A DNA stretch of 64,000 nt. Origin: Heptranchias perlo (lineage: Eukaryota). Each line of letters opens with the position of its first letter. The first letter of the stretch is position 1. The position numbers and the translations under genes were made by a program. The notes beneath the pieces were generated by a model, which was not told where the DNA came from, ran no database searches, and saw nothing but the letters and a program-made list of their open reading frames with translations. This document shows positions 12,086 to 24,719 of the stretch, piece after piece. The stretch lies in NCBI RefSeq assembly GCF_035084215.1, contig NC_090363.1, positions 9,300,001 through 9,364,000 on the forward strand, read 5' to 3'.

Positions 12086-12454
12086 TCCTATTCAGGAATT
12101 TTTCTCGCTCGTCTCTGGAGAGCGGAGGTCAGTTTTAGAGAAGTTTCTCTCAGGACAGTTAATGGTTGGAATAAGTTCCTAGCTAAAGTTATACTGTGAC
12201 TAGTGATGTGAGAAAGTTGCCTGATGACTGTGGAGACTCCTGTTACACTACAGATCTCTCTTTCCCAGGCCAATTTTTAATATAAAGAGAGGGGGAAGGA
12301 GAGTGCACCTTCTCATAGCATTATAAAGATTCCAAACAAAGTTTTAATACTTGTCAGACTGCCTGACGTACCATCTGGTCGTGTTTAGAATGCGGTTTGA
12401 CAACGGACTGAAGCTACACTGAAGCCAGTGCATTCGCAGAGTGGCTTGAGAAAA

Positions 12455-12810
12455 CTTCTCAGGGGTTTTGATAGGGTAGATACGGAGAAATCAATTCCTC
12501 TGGTGGGGGAAATCAAGAACAAGGGGACATAATCTTAAAATTAGAGCCAGGCCATTCAGGCACAAAATCAGGATGCACTTTTTCACACCAAGGGTAGTGG
12601 AAATCTGGAACTCTGATCCCCCCGAAAGGCTGTGGATGATGGGGGTCAATTGGAGCTTTCAAGACTGAGATTGATTGATATTTGTTGGGTATCAAGGGAT
12701 TGTGGAACAAAGGCAGGAAAATGGAGTTGAGGTGCAGATCAGCCATGATCGAATTGAATGGTACAGTAGGCCCGAGGGGCTGAATGGCCTCCTCCTGTTC
12801 CTAATGTTAC
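12455..12810 (+). mobile_element. CR1 LINE 3' end
   Basis: aggggacataatcttaaaattagagccagg...gagggggctgaatggcctcctcctgttcct-type 3' end. Confidence 0.88.
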
Positions 12811-12857
12811 TTGGAGGTGACGTGACACCACTCGGCTCCAGTGCTTTCAGACATCAG

Positions 12858-13101
12858 GGGGGTGATTTTAACCCCCAAGAACGGGTGGGTTGGGGGCGGG
12901 CGGGAGTTGAAAATAGTTGTTTTTTTTGAGTCGCAACTGAAAAATTTTCGGACTTTCCATTCCCAGTGGGAAGCCTGGACTTTTCCTCACCGACGTTAAA
13001 CCTGGAAATAAAGCCGGGTTGCGGTCGCGACCCAAAAAACAACTGTTTTCAACTCCCACCCCCCCTCAACCCACCTGTTCTTGGGGGTTAAAATCACCCT
13101 C
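12858..13101 (+). mobile_element. About 245-bp Harbinger-type MITE with long TIRs
   Basis: TIR GGGGGTGATTTTAACCCCCAAGAACGGGTGGG...; TSD CAG on both sides; five copies in the window. Confidence 0.9.
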
Positions 13102-13179
13102 CAGGTCAGCTTTGTCCGTCAATGTGTGTTCTGGACTGTTTGGAGTCAGTGTGAAGATGCAGCACAACCAGAGCAAGGG

Positions 13180-13640
13180 ATATAGAATTACGTGGCGTTT
13201 ACACCACCAAAACAGGCCATTCGGCCCAACTGGTCTATGCTGGTGTTTATGCTCCACATGAGCCTCCTCCCAACCTACTTCATCTCACCCTATCAGTTTA
13301 CCCCGTTATTCCTTTTGCCCTCATGTGTTTATCATGCTTCCCCTTAAATGCATCTACGCTATTCACCTCAACTACTCCTTGTAGTAGCGAGTTCCACATT
13401 CTCACCACTCTCTGAGTTAAGTTTCTCCTGAATTCCTTATTGGATTTATTAGTGACTACCTTCTTTTTATGGCCCCTGGCCACAAGTGGAAACATCTTCT
13501 CTTATGTCTACCCTGTCAAACCCCGTCTTCATTTTAAAGATTTCTATCAGGTCACCCAACAGCCTTATCTTTTCTTGCGAAAAGAGCCCCAGCCTGTTCA
13601 GTCTTTCCTGATAGTTATAACCTCTCGGTTTTTGGTATCA
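13180..13640 (-). mobile_element. CR1 LINE 3' end
   Basis: MFPLV...FRRNLTQRVVRMWNSLLQGVVEVNSVDAFKGK. Confidence 0.88.
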
Positions 13641-14159
13641 TCGTTTGTATCAGGGCAGGTCGCACACGGTCTGCAAAATGAATGGCCCTCAAGTCAACTT
13701 GTCCCATCTCATGCTTTTCTTGGGTGTTTAAATTAAGTAAGATTGTACAGTGTAAGGCCTCGGGCTGTCGGTGGTTTACAGGAGCCGAACAGCCTGCCCA
13801 CGACCTTTGAGATGAATGGAGTGCATCATCTCCGAGGCTCAAGTGTCTGCTGCGAGGCGCGGGCGTGAGGTTGCCGCATCTGGGCTCCTCAGTCAGCTAT
13901 CTCACGGTGCCAAACCTCCTGCACTTGGGTTCTCAGAACTAGGAGACCCTATGAACCTCACACTAACATGTAATCAGCAGCTTAGTAATGTTAACATTTC
14001 CTATTGTACCAAAGGCCTTGTGTCTGCTGAAACCACAAGTAACAGCGCTAGGCTTCAGCTGTGAAGAAGGTTACATAGTGACTGAAAAGGTGATGGTTTC
14101 TGGACTGGAGGGGGCAGGGGAAAGAGAAAGAAAGAGAGAAAGAGAGAAGGAAAGAGAGA

Positions 14160-14415
14160 AAGACTTGCAGTTATAAGGCACCTCGCATGACCTCAGGTCG
14201 TCCCAAAGCGCTTTACAGCCAATTAAGTACTTTTGAAACGTAGCGACTGTTGTAATGTAGAAAACGGGGCAGCCAATTTGCACACAGCAAGATCCCACAA
14301 ACAGCAGTGTAATAATGACCAAATAATCTGTTTTTAGTGATGTTGGTTGAGGGATAAATATTGGCCAGGACACTGGGGAGAACTCCCCAGCTCTTCTTCG
14401 AATAGTACCATGGGA
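14160..14415 (-). mobile_element. SacSINE1-like DeuSINE, 3' part
   Basis: Matches the reverse complement of 28165-28420. Confidence 0.85.
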
Positions 14416-14520
14416 TTGATTCCTGGTCCCCAGTTGCTGCCATTCTGTGTTGCCCAGATACAGTAAAGATTTCATGCTCAGATCTCTGCCCTCGATTTTC
14501 CATCTACTGACATTAATAAT

Positions 14521-14738
14521 GGGGGGTGATTTTAACCCCCAAGAGCAAGTGGGTTGGGGGCGGGTGGGAGTTGAAAATAATTGTTTTTTGGGTCACAACT
14601 GCAAAATTTTCGGACTTTGCATTCCCAGTGGGAAGCCTGGACTTTTACGCGCCCAAGTTACACCCAGAAATAAAGCCGGGCTACGGTCGCGACCCAAAAA
14701 ACAATTATTTTCAACTCCCACCCGCCCCCAACCCACCA
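14521..14738 (+). mobile_element. MITE (same family as 12858), 3' TIR truncated
   Basis: Near-identical to 12858-13075. Confidence 0.88.
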
Positions 14739-15261
14739 ATGGGTGGGAAATAACAGGCAATGCACATGAGATTTTCTACTAAGGGGCTAGCTGCCTCCGA
14801 GGCCCTGGCAGTGAGGTGGGATCCCAAAGAATTCTTGCTCCTGTGTCTTTCTGAAACCCCCCGAATAAGGTGGGGGTGGGCACTGTGCCTTTAAGCCATG
14901 TTTATTTTATTCTTTGCTCCCTCCCTGCATAACAATCACCTCTCCACCCACTTAGAGAGTGGGCAGACACCCCACTGCCATTCACAATCCAATTACAACA
15001 GTTCATGCATGAGGTACAGAGTTTGAATGAGTGCAGTTCTTGCAGGGATGCAGTGCATGTAGGGATGCAGTGCATGTATAACTTGCCCACTAATCATCCT
15101 GTGACATGAATAGAGTTTCTGTCCCATTGCGTGTGTGGATTTTGTCTGTAGTTTGCTTGTGCAAATAAAGTTATCACATCCCTAAGGTGGACTCCAAGTG
15201 ATGTATTTTTTTTAAAAGTCTCTCTGGTGCTCAGGTCTGACTCAGAGCTAGAGAACTCTCC

Positions 15262-15447
15262 TTGACCCAGTTGTATAAAACACAGGTTAGATGCCATCTG
15301 GAGCACTGCATTCAGTTCTGGGCACGGCACCTCAGGAACGATATATTGGCTTTGGAGGAAGTGCAACATAGATTCACCAGAATGATACTGGGACTAAAAG
15401 GGTTAAATTATCAGGACAGGTTGCATAGACTAGGCTTGTATTCCCTA
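15262..15447 (+). mobile_element. CR1 ORF2 fragment
   Basis: LYKTQVRCHLEHCIQFWARHLRNDILALEEVQHRFTRMI. Confidence 0.85.
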
Positions 15448-17830
15448 GTGTGTGCATACGGTGGGTGTAGTGCATGCACAGGCTGCAGTGCATGCGTGGG
15501 ATGTAGTGTGAGCACAAGGTGCAGTACATGCAGGGGGTGCAGTGTACGTAGACAACACAAGATGAGCAATTTTGGAGGTAATCACAGGAGCAAACCTGTT
15601 TTCTCCTCACTCTGTGGGACGGCGAGTTAATGTATGTAGGTGGCAGAATTAATGTATGTGGTGCATTGCACCATATGCATGAACTACATGGGGTGCAATG
15701 ACTCCATAGGGTGAGATGCAAGCATGGGTGCATTGCAAGCAGAGAAGTTGTGCATGTATGGAGTGGAGTGCATGCATGGGGTGCAGTTCATGCATGAGGT
15801 ACAGAGTTTGAATGAGTGCAGTTCTTGCAGGGATGCAGTGCATGTAGGGATGCAGTGCATGTATACAGCAAAACTGTGGCTACAAGAGCAGGTCAGAGGC
15901 TGGATATTCTGCGGCGAGTGACTCACCTCCTGACTCCCCAAAGCCTTTCCACCATCTACAAGGCACAAGTCAGGAGTGTGATGGAATACTCTCCACTGGA
16001 TGAGTGCAGTTCCAACAACACTCAAGAAGCTCGACATCTTTCCAGGACAAAGCCGCCCACTTGATTGGCACCCCATCCACCACCCTAAACATACACTCCC
16101 TTCACCACTGTCGCACAGTGGCTGCAGTGTGTACCATCCACTGCAGCAATTCGCCAAGGCTTCTGCGACAGCACCTCCCAAACCCGCGACCTCTACCACC
16201 TAGAAGGACAAGGGCACAAGGGCAGCAGGTACATGGGAACAACACCACCTGCACATTCCCCTCCAAGTCACACACCATCCCGACTTGGAAATATATCGCC
16301 GTTCCTTCATCGTCACTGGGTCAAAATCCTGGAACTCCCTTCCTAAAAGCACTGTGGGAGAACCTTCACCACATGGACTGCAGCGGTTCAAGAAGGCGGC
16401 TCACCACCACCTTCTCAAGGGTAATTAGGGATGGGCAATAAATGCCGGCCTCGCCAGCAACGCCCACATCCCATGAACGAATAAAAAAAAGGAATTTGCA
16501 GTGAAGATAATCACCATAGCAAACCAGTTTACCCCCTACTCAGTGGCACAGTGGGGTGATGTATGTAGGAGGGGAATCAGTGCATGATTGGGATGCATGC
16601 ACGGTACCCCCTGCATGCACTGCATGGGTGCAGTGTGTGCCTGAGCTGAGATGCGTGCACGGGGTACAATGCAAGCAGGGATGTAGTGCATCCATGGAGT
16701 GTAGTACATGTATGAAATGAGGTATATGAATGGGGTGTGGTGCATGTATGGGAAATAATGTTTGCATGCGGTGCAGTATTTATATGGCACACAGTATTTG
16801 CCCAGGATGCATGGAGTACACTGCTTTTGCATGGGGTGCAGCGCATATGTGAGATTTAGTGTTTGTTTGGGGTGCAGTGCTTAGAGGCAGTGCCATGCAC
16901 GTATTTAAGTGCAGTGCATGGATGGGACATGAGTAGGTGCATGGAGAATTGGTGTGTGCACAGCAGCTCAGTGCCTTCATTGCAAGCTGCTGGTGCACCA
17001 ATAGCAGGTTGGTGGATTCACACTATGAATTCACACCACTGCCTGTTAATGCGATGTTTCAAGTGCCAAACAGCACATGTTAGCTCACACTTCAACGCAG
17101 TTCATATCTTATGTTAGAGACATTTCACAACTATGCTTGACTTTTGTCTGCGGTTAGGGCTTAGCAAAAGTTACAAGTTTATTTCAGAGGTCGGAATGTC
17201 TTGGTGGAGCCATGTCGCAGGCATCCCACATAGACGGCTATGCGGTCCTGGGGGCGAAACACAGCTCAGACAGACAGGACTGAAGACATTGGGCCCATCT
17301 CCTCGAACAACCTAAACTAACATGCTCCAAGAACCAAGCTTAGTGTCAAACACACTGGTCAACAGCGAAGGTTTATGGTGCTACATTAACGACATTATGA
17401 ACTTATGTGGGTGTTTTCTCTTCAATTTGTTTTCCATTTAATAACTTGTGGTAGATGGTCAAAGATACGATGATGCCAACAGCTCATGAAATGCCGTGCA
17501 GTGTGTGCGTGGGTTGAGATGCGTGCATGGGGTACAATGCAAGCAGGGACGTAGTGCATCCGTGGAGTGTAGTACATGCACGAGATGCGGTATATGAATG
17601 GGGTGCGGTGCATGCATGGGATACAATGTTTGCATGCGGTGCACTGTTTATATGGCACACAGTGTTTGCTCGGGATGCACGGAGTATATTGTTTTCGCAT
17701 GGGGTGCAGTGCATGTATGAGATCTGGTGCTTGTTTGGGGTGCAGTGCATAGAGGCGGTGCCATGCACGCATTTAAGTGCAGTGCACGGATGGGACATGA
17801 GTAGGTACATGGAGAATTGGTGGGTGCACA
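15448..17830. repeat. TGCA/CATG-rich degenerate repeat region with an about 340-bp direct duplication
   Basis: 16625-16965 resembles 17495-17832. An 80-bp piece at 15000-15080 recurs at 15786-15865. Confidence 0.75.
15866..16490 (+). mobile_element. CR1/L2-clade LINE 3' end (second family) with A tail
   Basis: KTVATRAGQRLDILRRVTHLLTPQSLSTIYKAQVRSVMEYSPL (RT C-terminus); ends catgaacgaataaaaaaaa. Confidence 0.88.
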
Positions 17831-18151
17831 GCAGGTCAGTACCTGCCCTTGCTTATCTCATAAAGGCCCCTTTTCACTGAATGACAATGTCCCTTTAATT
17901 GTAAGCAATACATTTTTCATGATAAAAAAGGCCATAGCTTTGCCTGAAATGAGTTGGCGGTGGGGGGGGAAGGTTGGAGGAGAATCTTGCTTCTTTTAAA
18001 GCGGCAGCGTCTCATGACGCATTTTGTCCTGTTTCCTGTTGCCACAGAAGGGGGCTATATGGCCTCCTTCTGTGCTGCAAACGTCCATTACTCTAAATAA
18101 TTTTTAAGAGTGAAAATAATTATCCCATCATTAGTATCTGACAAAGAAAGA

Positions 18152-18322
18152 AAGACTTACATTTATATAGCGCCTTTCACGATATCAGGACAGCCAATGA
18201 AGTACTTTTTTGAAGTGTAGCCACAGTTGTGATGTAGAAACGCGGCAGCCAACTTGCGCACAGCAAGATCCCACAAGTAGCAATGAGACCAGATCATCTA
18301 TTTTTTAGTGATGTTGGTTGAG
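18152..18322 (-). mobile_element. SacSINE1-like 3' fragment
   Basis: acttacatttatatagcgcctttcac...cagcaagatcccaca. Confidence 0.8.
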
Positions 18323-19529
18323 ACACACGTTCCTTTACACCTGGGCCACCCTTTCCCTCCCAAAGCGAGAGGCCTATTAACTCCCAGAAGATGCTACCCT
18401 CCTATCAAGGCTAAAGCCACCAGCATTTCCCATTCCTTCGTCACAGTCCCTCTCAATCACTCCATTGCCTTCTCCCAACGCTGCTGTCGCCTCTGTCGAA
18501 ATGGAAAACAGTGTTTGCCAATTATCTTTATTTGTGTGAATCTGTTGAACTCAGCGACCGAAAAAAAAGTGAAACCCATCAAGTGTTTACCCAGAACATA
18601 ACTAACTATTTTCACTTAAGAGCAGAGGCAATGCTGTTGATCAGAAATTATCACACTTGTGAATCTTTAATGGTTATGAATGATGTTGCAGCCAGATCTT
18701 GCTCGAGATAAGGGTCTTGGTTTCTCAAGTCTTGAAGCATGAAAAGAGAAGCCCATAGTGTGAAGCCATGACCTGTGAATATGCTTTGCATCTGCACAGA
18801 ACTTAACCACATGTAATTGTACAGAGTCAGTATTGATCAAGTGTGTTGTATAGATTTGTATTCAGAGTTTCCATATAGTGAGGGACCATGCCTCTGTGCA
18901 CGTCTTTCATTTCCCCTTAACTAGTAAGGGACCATTCCCCTACGCACATCTGTAATTATCAGTCATCCTTTATTTTAATTAATTTTTGGTGATATTGACT
19001 CTCATCTTTTCTTCAAGTATTTTTGGGTCCAGAACAAGCTAGATGGTTTGTTTTAAAGGAGGAATTAATAAGGCGCTTTGTCTTAAAGAGAAGACTTTAA
19101 AGTGAGAACGCTAGGTAACAAGGGAAGGTTGCAGTGTTGAGATGTGAGATGTACACTTTGACAGTAACGTATGTGTCGGATGAAACAGCTGGAGCAGCAC
19201 AGCAGGACTTAGCTGAACTAAAGGCAGGGGTCATAAGGCTACAGCACCTATAGGCTTCATTAATAAGTGTGTCGATTGGTGAGTTTAGCATCTGGAGTTG
19301 ATGAGGAGGCAAAATAAGTTCTATAAGCTCTTGGCACTGAAGTCCTGTGTTGGTAAGGGAACTCGTAAATGCATTCTGGAGAATGAGATAGCAGCAAAAG
19401 AGGTTGTTGTTTTCACACTCTTCCCTCGGATGATAGTGTGAAGTAGTGCAAGGGTTTGCAGGCTGATTAACAGTCTGACAGGATGGCGATGTTGTTTTTG
19501 TATTTTCCCACTCGTCCCTTGGAGAATAA

Positions 19530-19915
19530 CAAGAACAAGAACAACAACTTGCATTTATATAGCGCCTTTAACGTAGTAATTTATCCAAAGGAGCTTCACA
19601 GGAGCGATTATCAAACAAAATATAACACTGAGCCACATGAGGCGATATTAGAACAGGTGACCATAGCTTTGGTCAAAGAAATAGGTCTTAAAGGAGGCGA
19701 GAGAGTTAGAGAGGCGGAGAAGTTTAGGGAGGGAATTCCAGAGCTTAGGGCGTAGGCGGCTGAAGGCATGGCCGCCAATGTTGGAACGATTGTGGAGCCA
19801 ATGTAGGTCAGCGAGCACAGGGGCGATGGGTGAACGGGACTTGGTGCGAGTTAGGATACGGGCAGCAGAGTTTTGGATGAGCTCAAGTTTACGGAGGGTG
19901 CAAGGTGGAAGGCTG
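19530..19915 (-). mobile_element. L2-clade LINE 3' end
   Basis: acaacaacttgcatttatatagcgcc...gagggaattccagagcttaggg...gaaggcatggccgccaatg. The same family occurs on + at 23560-23812, 49205-49375 and 51705-51880. Confidence 0.8.
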
Positions 19916-20679
19916 GGTGAAGTAGTGAAAGGATTCTTCGCAGGCTGATTAACAATCCGACAGGCCGCGAAGTGAACGCTCCTTCCACAGCCATAATCAT
20001 CTTTATACCAGCCGATAGGGTGGTTAGTCCGATACAGAGGGTTTAAGGGCTCCCATAACCCATACGGTGATGGAGGGGCCGCCTACAGCCATCAGACACA
20101 AGTATCTCACTGCCAGGATTTAAAGCCAGAGCTCCGTTTTCTACTCAGATAGCAGTAACTGTGACTCATTAAATTAAGAATAGAAAAGGAAGGGGCCAAA
20201 CAAATAGTACACAAAGAGGAATAACTTAAACAACAGACCTAAGGAGACAATATACTGATCAGGTTGGAGACAGGAATGCAATTCAGATTTTAAGGACAAT
20301 GTGGTTAAGAAGCCCTTAAACCTCACAAGGTATGTTACCTGAAAAGGGACCAGAATGAATCCGTAATGCTTTTCCCTTAACTCATCATCAGGGAATTGCC
20401 TGGGGATTTACTGTCCACGTCTGGGAATTAAAAGATGTTTGAAATTTTGTTTGCTGGAACTGCCTTACATTAAATGGTCCAAGTTATATTAGCATTGACA
20501 CAACCAACCACCCGTCATAGGACCCGCACATGAGTGAATTAACGAGTTAACCTCTTCTTGCCAAAGTCATCAAAGCCAGGCATGAACTAAAGTTTCTTTA
20601 TTAACACTCTTACGATAATACAATTAACTGTATTTCTGACAGAATTAGTAAAACCAAGGTTCTAAAGGCAGTTCAAGAT

Positions 20680-20870
20680 AGTAGGTGCATGGGAGCACCA
20701 TCACCTCCAAGTTACATGCCATCCCAACTTGGACAGGTATATCGCCGTTCCTTCATCCCAGTACTCCCTACCTAACAGCACTGTGGGAGAACCATCACCA
20801 CACGGACTGCAGCGGTTCAAGAAGGCGGCTCGTCACCACCTTCTCAAGGGCAATTAGGGATGGGCAACGA
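20680..20870 (+). mobile_element. CR1/L2-clade LINE 3' fragment
   Basis: Homologous to 16225-16440. Confidence 0.82.
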
Positions 20871-21134
20871 ATGTTTGATAACTCAGCATCTACTTATTAC
20901 AAGTTGACATTACGCTCAATGTCCAAGACTGATATAAAGTTGGCAAGGTTAATTTGGGTTAGACTCCATGACAAGTTAGCAGCTTGACTAACAAATCTAT
21001 CAGACGTATTAAAGAGCTAGTTAGCTCAGCTTATCACTAATAAACTTGTAGCTTTACCAGTGAATCATGGATCTTTACTTCCAAATTCAGCCTCCCAGTT
21101 AATTGTGTTGTGGACCAGAAATTAAACGTGAGGC

Positions 21135-21400
21135 CTGCTCGGATAGACATCAAATATCCCATGACACAGTTTGAAGAAGAGCAGGGGAGTTCTCCCAGTG
21201 TCCTGGCCAACATTCATCCCTCAACCAATACCAACAAAAACAGATTAACTAGACAGTCATCTCATTGCTGTTTGTGAGACCTTGCTACCAACTTTGCCTA
21301 CATTACAACCGTGACTACACTTCTGCAATAACTCAATTGCTGCCCAGTCCTTTTGGACATCCTAAGGATGTGAAAGGCGCTATATAAATGCAAGTTCTTT
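21135..21400 (+). mobile_element. SacSINE1-like 3' half
   Basis: gaagaagagcaggggagttctcccagtgtcctggccaac...ggcgctatataaatgcaag. Confidence 0.82.
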
Positions 21401-21659
21401 CTTCTTACAGCAAAGCATTTTAACGTTAATTGGAACAGTTAGGGCCCCTGACAACATGGTAGATAGGATTAGAGACTGATACCCTCGCACTGTGCAGTAG
21501 AATGGGCAGAAGGCTAGTGGAGACTTGAATCAGGCTACTGATAGAAACACTCGATTAACTTCCTGTGTAGTCACACAGGAAGCATAGTGAACCCACATTA
21601 ACCTCCTGAAAAATAAAATAACGTTACACCATGTGCACATTGCTTTCTCTTCTGTTTTA

Positions 21660-22037
21660 AATTCATTTTCAGGATGTGGGCATCGCTGGCAAGGCTGGCA
21701 TTCGTTGCCCATCCCTTATTGCCCTTGAGAAGGTGGTGGTGAGCCGCCTTCTTGAACCGCTGCAGTCCGTGTGGTGATGGTGCTCCCACAGTGCTGTTAG
21801 GTAGGGAGTACTGGGATGAAGGAACGGCGATATACATGTCCAAGTTGGGATGGCGTGTAACTTGGAGGTGATGGTGCTCCCACAGTGCTGTTAGGTAGGG
21901 AGTACTGGGATGAAGGAACGGCGATATACATGTCCAAGTTGGGATGGCGTGTAACTTGGAGGTGATGGTGCTCCCATGCAACTACTGCCCTTGCCTTTCT
22001 AGGTGATGGAGGGGTTGGGAGATGCTGCCGAAGAAGC
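21660..22037 (-). mobile_element. CR1/L2-clade LINE 3' fragment with an about 103-bp internal tandem duplication
   Basis: The block ggtgatggtgctcccacagtgctg...gtaacttgga occurs twice (21773-21975). Confidence 0.85.
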
Positions 22038-22481
22038 AATTTAACTTAATTCTGGAACAGCGGTAAATGTGCATTTGGTCGAAATCACAATGAACACGGT
22101 GCGTACGTAAAACATCTTCACTGTAGTCAGGCATATTAACCCCTTGTTGACTGGGTCTAATTCTCTTGGTACGTGCAATACTGAACAGCACCTTGCCAAT
22201 CTTTCCGTTTTAATATTTTACTTTACCTGTGAATAGCTTTAGGCTGTAAGCAATAATCTAGCAGTGTGGTATTCTTCTGTTTCCTGAGGTGATGGCAGAA
22301 CACAGTGGCGGGCATCGCACATAATCCCTTTAGCGCGATTTAGGATTATCATTATACACCTGGCTCAGCTAATCCATATGCTGCAGAGAACAAATATGCA
22401 GATATCTGCTCAGACGGGACTTGTTCTCCTCGTGGAGCCTGCATCGTAACTGTGAAGGTTTTGGGAGATAAACTGAAACTA

Positions 22482-22850
22482 TCTTTAAGGTTATGAAAGG
22501 GTTCGATAGGGTAGACGTGGAGAAGATATTTCCACTTTTGGGGGAGACCAAAACTAGGGGCCATAAATATAAGTTAGCCAACAATAAATTCAATAGGGAA
22601 TTCAGGAGAAACTTTCTTACTTAGAGAGTGGTTAGAATGTGGAACTCGCTACCACAAGGAGTGGTTGAGGCGAATGGCATGGATGCATTTAAGGGAAAGC
22701 TAGATAAGCACATGAGGGAGAAAGGAATAGAAGGATATGCTGATAGGGTGAGATGAAGTAAGGGTGGGAGGATGCTTGTGTGGACCATAAATGCCGGCAT
22801 CGACCAGTTGGGCTTGCTCTGTTTCTATGCTGTAGACTTGATGTAAGTCT
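22482..22850 (+). mobile_element. CR1 LINE 3' end
   Basis: aaggttatgaaagggttcgatagggtagac...ttcaggagaaac...gttagaatgtggaactcgctacc. Confidence 0.88.
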
Positions 22851-22858
22851 ATGTAAAG

Positions 22859-23037
22859 AGGGCAATTTTAACCTAATTCACCCTTGTGGAAACTGATGGA
22901 TCGAATGCAACACTGGTTTCACGGCCTGCCCGAGTTTATTCTCCATTGTGGACAGCAATATTGGGTGGGGTGTAAAACTGGTATCCCAACCGATTCTGTG
23001 GAATTCCCACCCAGTGAGTTAGGTTAAAATTGCCTCC
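22859..23037. mobile_element. Small palindromic MITE
   Basis: GGGCAATTTTAACCTAA...TTAGGTTAAAATTGCC. Related short GGGG(T/A)AATTTT MITEs lie at ~28996-29157, 39813-39985, 40397-40950, 44704-44815, 45837-45970, 55707-55873, 55958-56083, 56437-56627 and 59029-59213. Confidence 0.75.
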
Positions 23038-24344
23038 ATAAGAGAGTTACCTTGTAGCTCAGCTATTCCTATGACTGCCTTTCTTCTCACTGGCAATGTT
23101 TTTGTTGCGCTTTTTTTAACATGTAGGTGTTTAAAAATTGAATTCACTTTTCTCCATTAAAAACCTCTGACCACCTGACTCACATTCCAGACTGTTTGAA
23201 ACCCAAAATCTATTGCATCAAGTCACAATCGGCTGTATTTCCACCTTTAGAAACTGCGGTGTCATTCTCACTATTTTCATTTTATTTTAACATAAAACTA
23301 ATTTGAGGAAAACTCATCGCTTCAGCTTTCCACTGGGTGAGTTCACTCCATAAGATTTCTTTGGTTCACCTGCTGAAATCGACACTGTCAAGACCTGCCT
23401 ACAGTAAAGCTTATTTTGTTCTTAAGTGGCTTCCCGTCCACTCAACCCCTGAGATAAAAGATAAGGATGTTAATACCAGCTCTAGAGAACAGGAAACTGC
23501 AAGGTGGTTAAACAGCACAATGAATCTGTACTGTCCAGTTCCCTGCCATGACCATTTCTCGATTTTCATCGCCCTACCATTGGCGGCCGTGCCTTCAGCC
23601 TTCTAGTCCCTAAGCTCTGGAATTCCCCTTCTAAACCTCTCCCGCTCTCTACCTCTCTTTCTCCTCCTTGAAAATGTTCCTTAAAACCTACCAAGCTTTT
23701 GGTCACCTGTCCTAATACCTCCTTAAGTGGCTCAGTGTCAAATTTTGTCTGATAATCGCCTTGGGGCGTTTCACTACGTTAAAGATGCTGTATAAATGCA
23801 AAATTTGTTGTTCTTCATGTTTGAAAGGCTGATTTATAGCTCTGGACCCACTAGAACTAAAGGATTTGTTCTGATAGACAGAAGCAGCCTCTGAGTTTTG
23901 AAATCAGAAACAAGGATTAAACTACAATTCATGTTTTAAAAATTGTGCGTGTTGTCTAACTGTGTAACATGTATTGAAATGTTTATTTAAATTCAAGTCC
24001 CCATGAGTGTAATGCAGCAAACCTTCTATAGGCCTTGAGGTTGGTGGTGTGGGGACTCAGTCTGTGTCTCAGTCCCACGCAAATTTTTCCCACTGACACT
24101 GAACCAGTGACATTTGCAGCAAAATTCACGTTGAACAGATACTCTAAAGAAAGGCATGTAGCTGCTCGATTGCAGAATTAACTCCAGCTCAGGACTGAGC
24201 ATGAATATTCCCTCATCATTTCAATTTCCTACAATACAAAACTGCCTCATCTTTCTCTGACAGCTCTTTAAATAACTGCAGCAGATTTTTCAAAAATGCC
24301 TGGTTGCCAGCTTTGGCATATCGTGAGCACCATCACCGGGATAT

Positions 24345-24700
24345 TCTACATAGAACGGCATGGAATCTACAGCACAGAAACAGGCCATTCGACCCAGCTG
24401 GTCTATGCCAGTGTTTAAACTCCACACGAGCCTCCTCCCACTTTAATTCCCTCCTCCCACCCTGCCCTCCGTATCCCTCTATTCCTTTCTCCCTCGTGTG
24501 AGCATCAGTGCAATCTGTTTCAACCTCTCCATAAGGCAGCGAGTTCCACAATCTCATCACTCTCTGTGCAAAGAAATTCCTCCTAAATGCTATATTTGAT
24601 CTGTTAGCTTATATTAATGCACCCTTGCTTCTGGACTCACCCACAAGTGGGAACAGTTTCTCTCCATCCACCCTATTGAACCCCTTCAGAATTTTAAAGC
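24345..24700 (-). mobile_element. CR1 LINE 3' end
   Basis: FKILKGFNRVDGEKLFPLVGES...LWNSLP. Confidence 0.85.
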
Positions 24701-24719
24701 GGAGGACCACTGACAGAAT

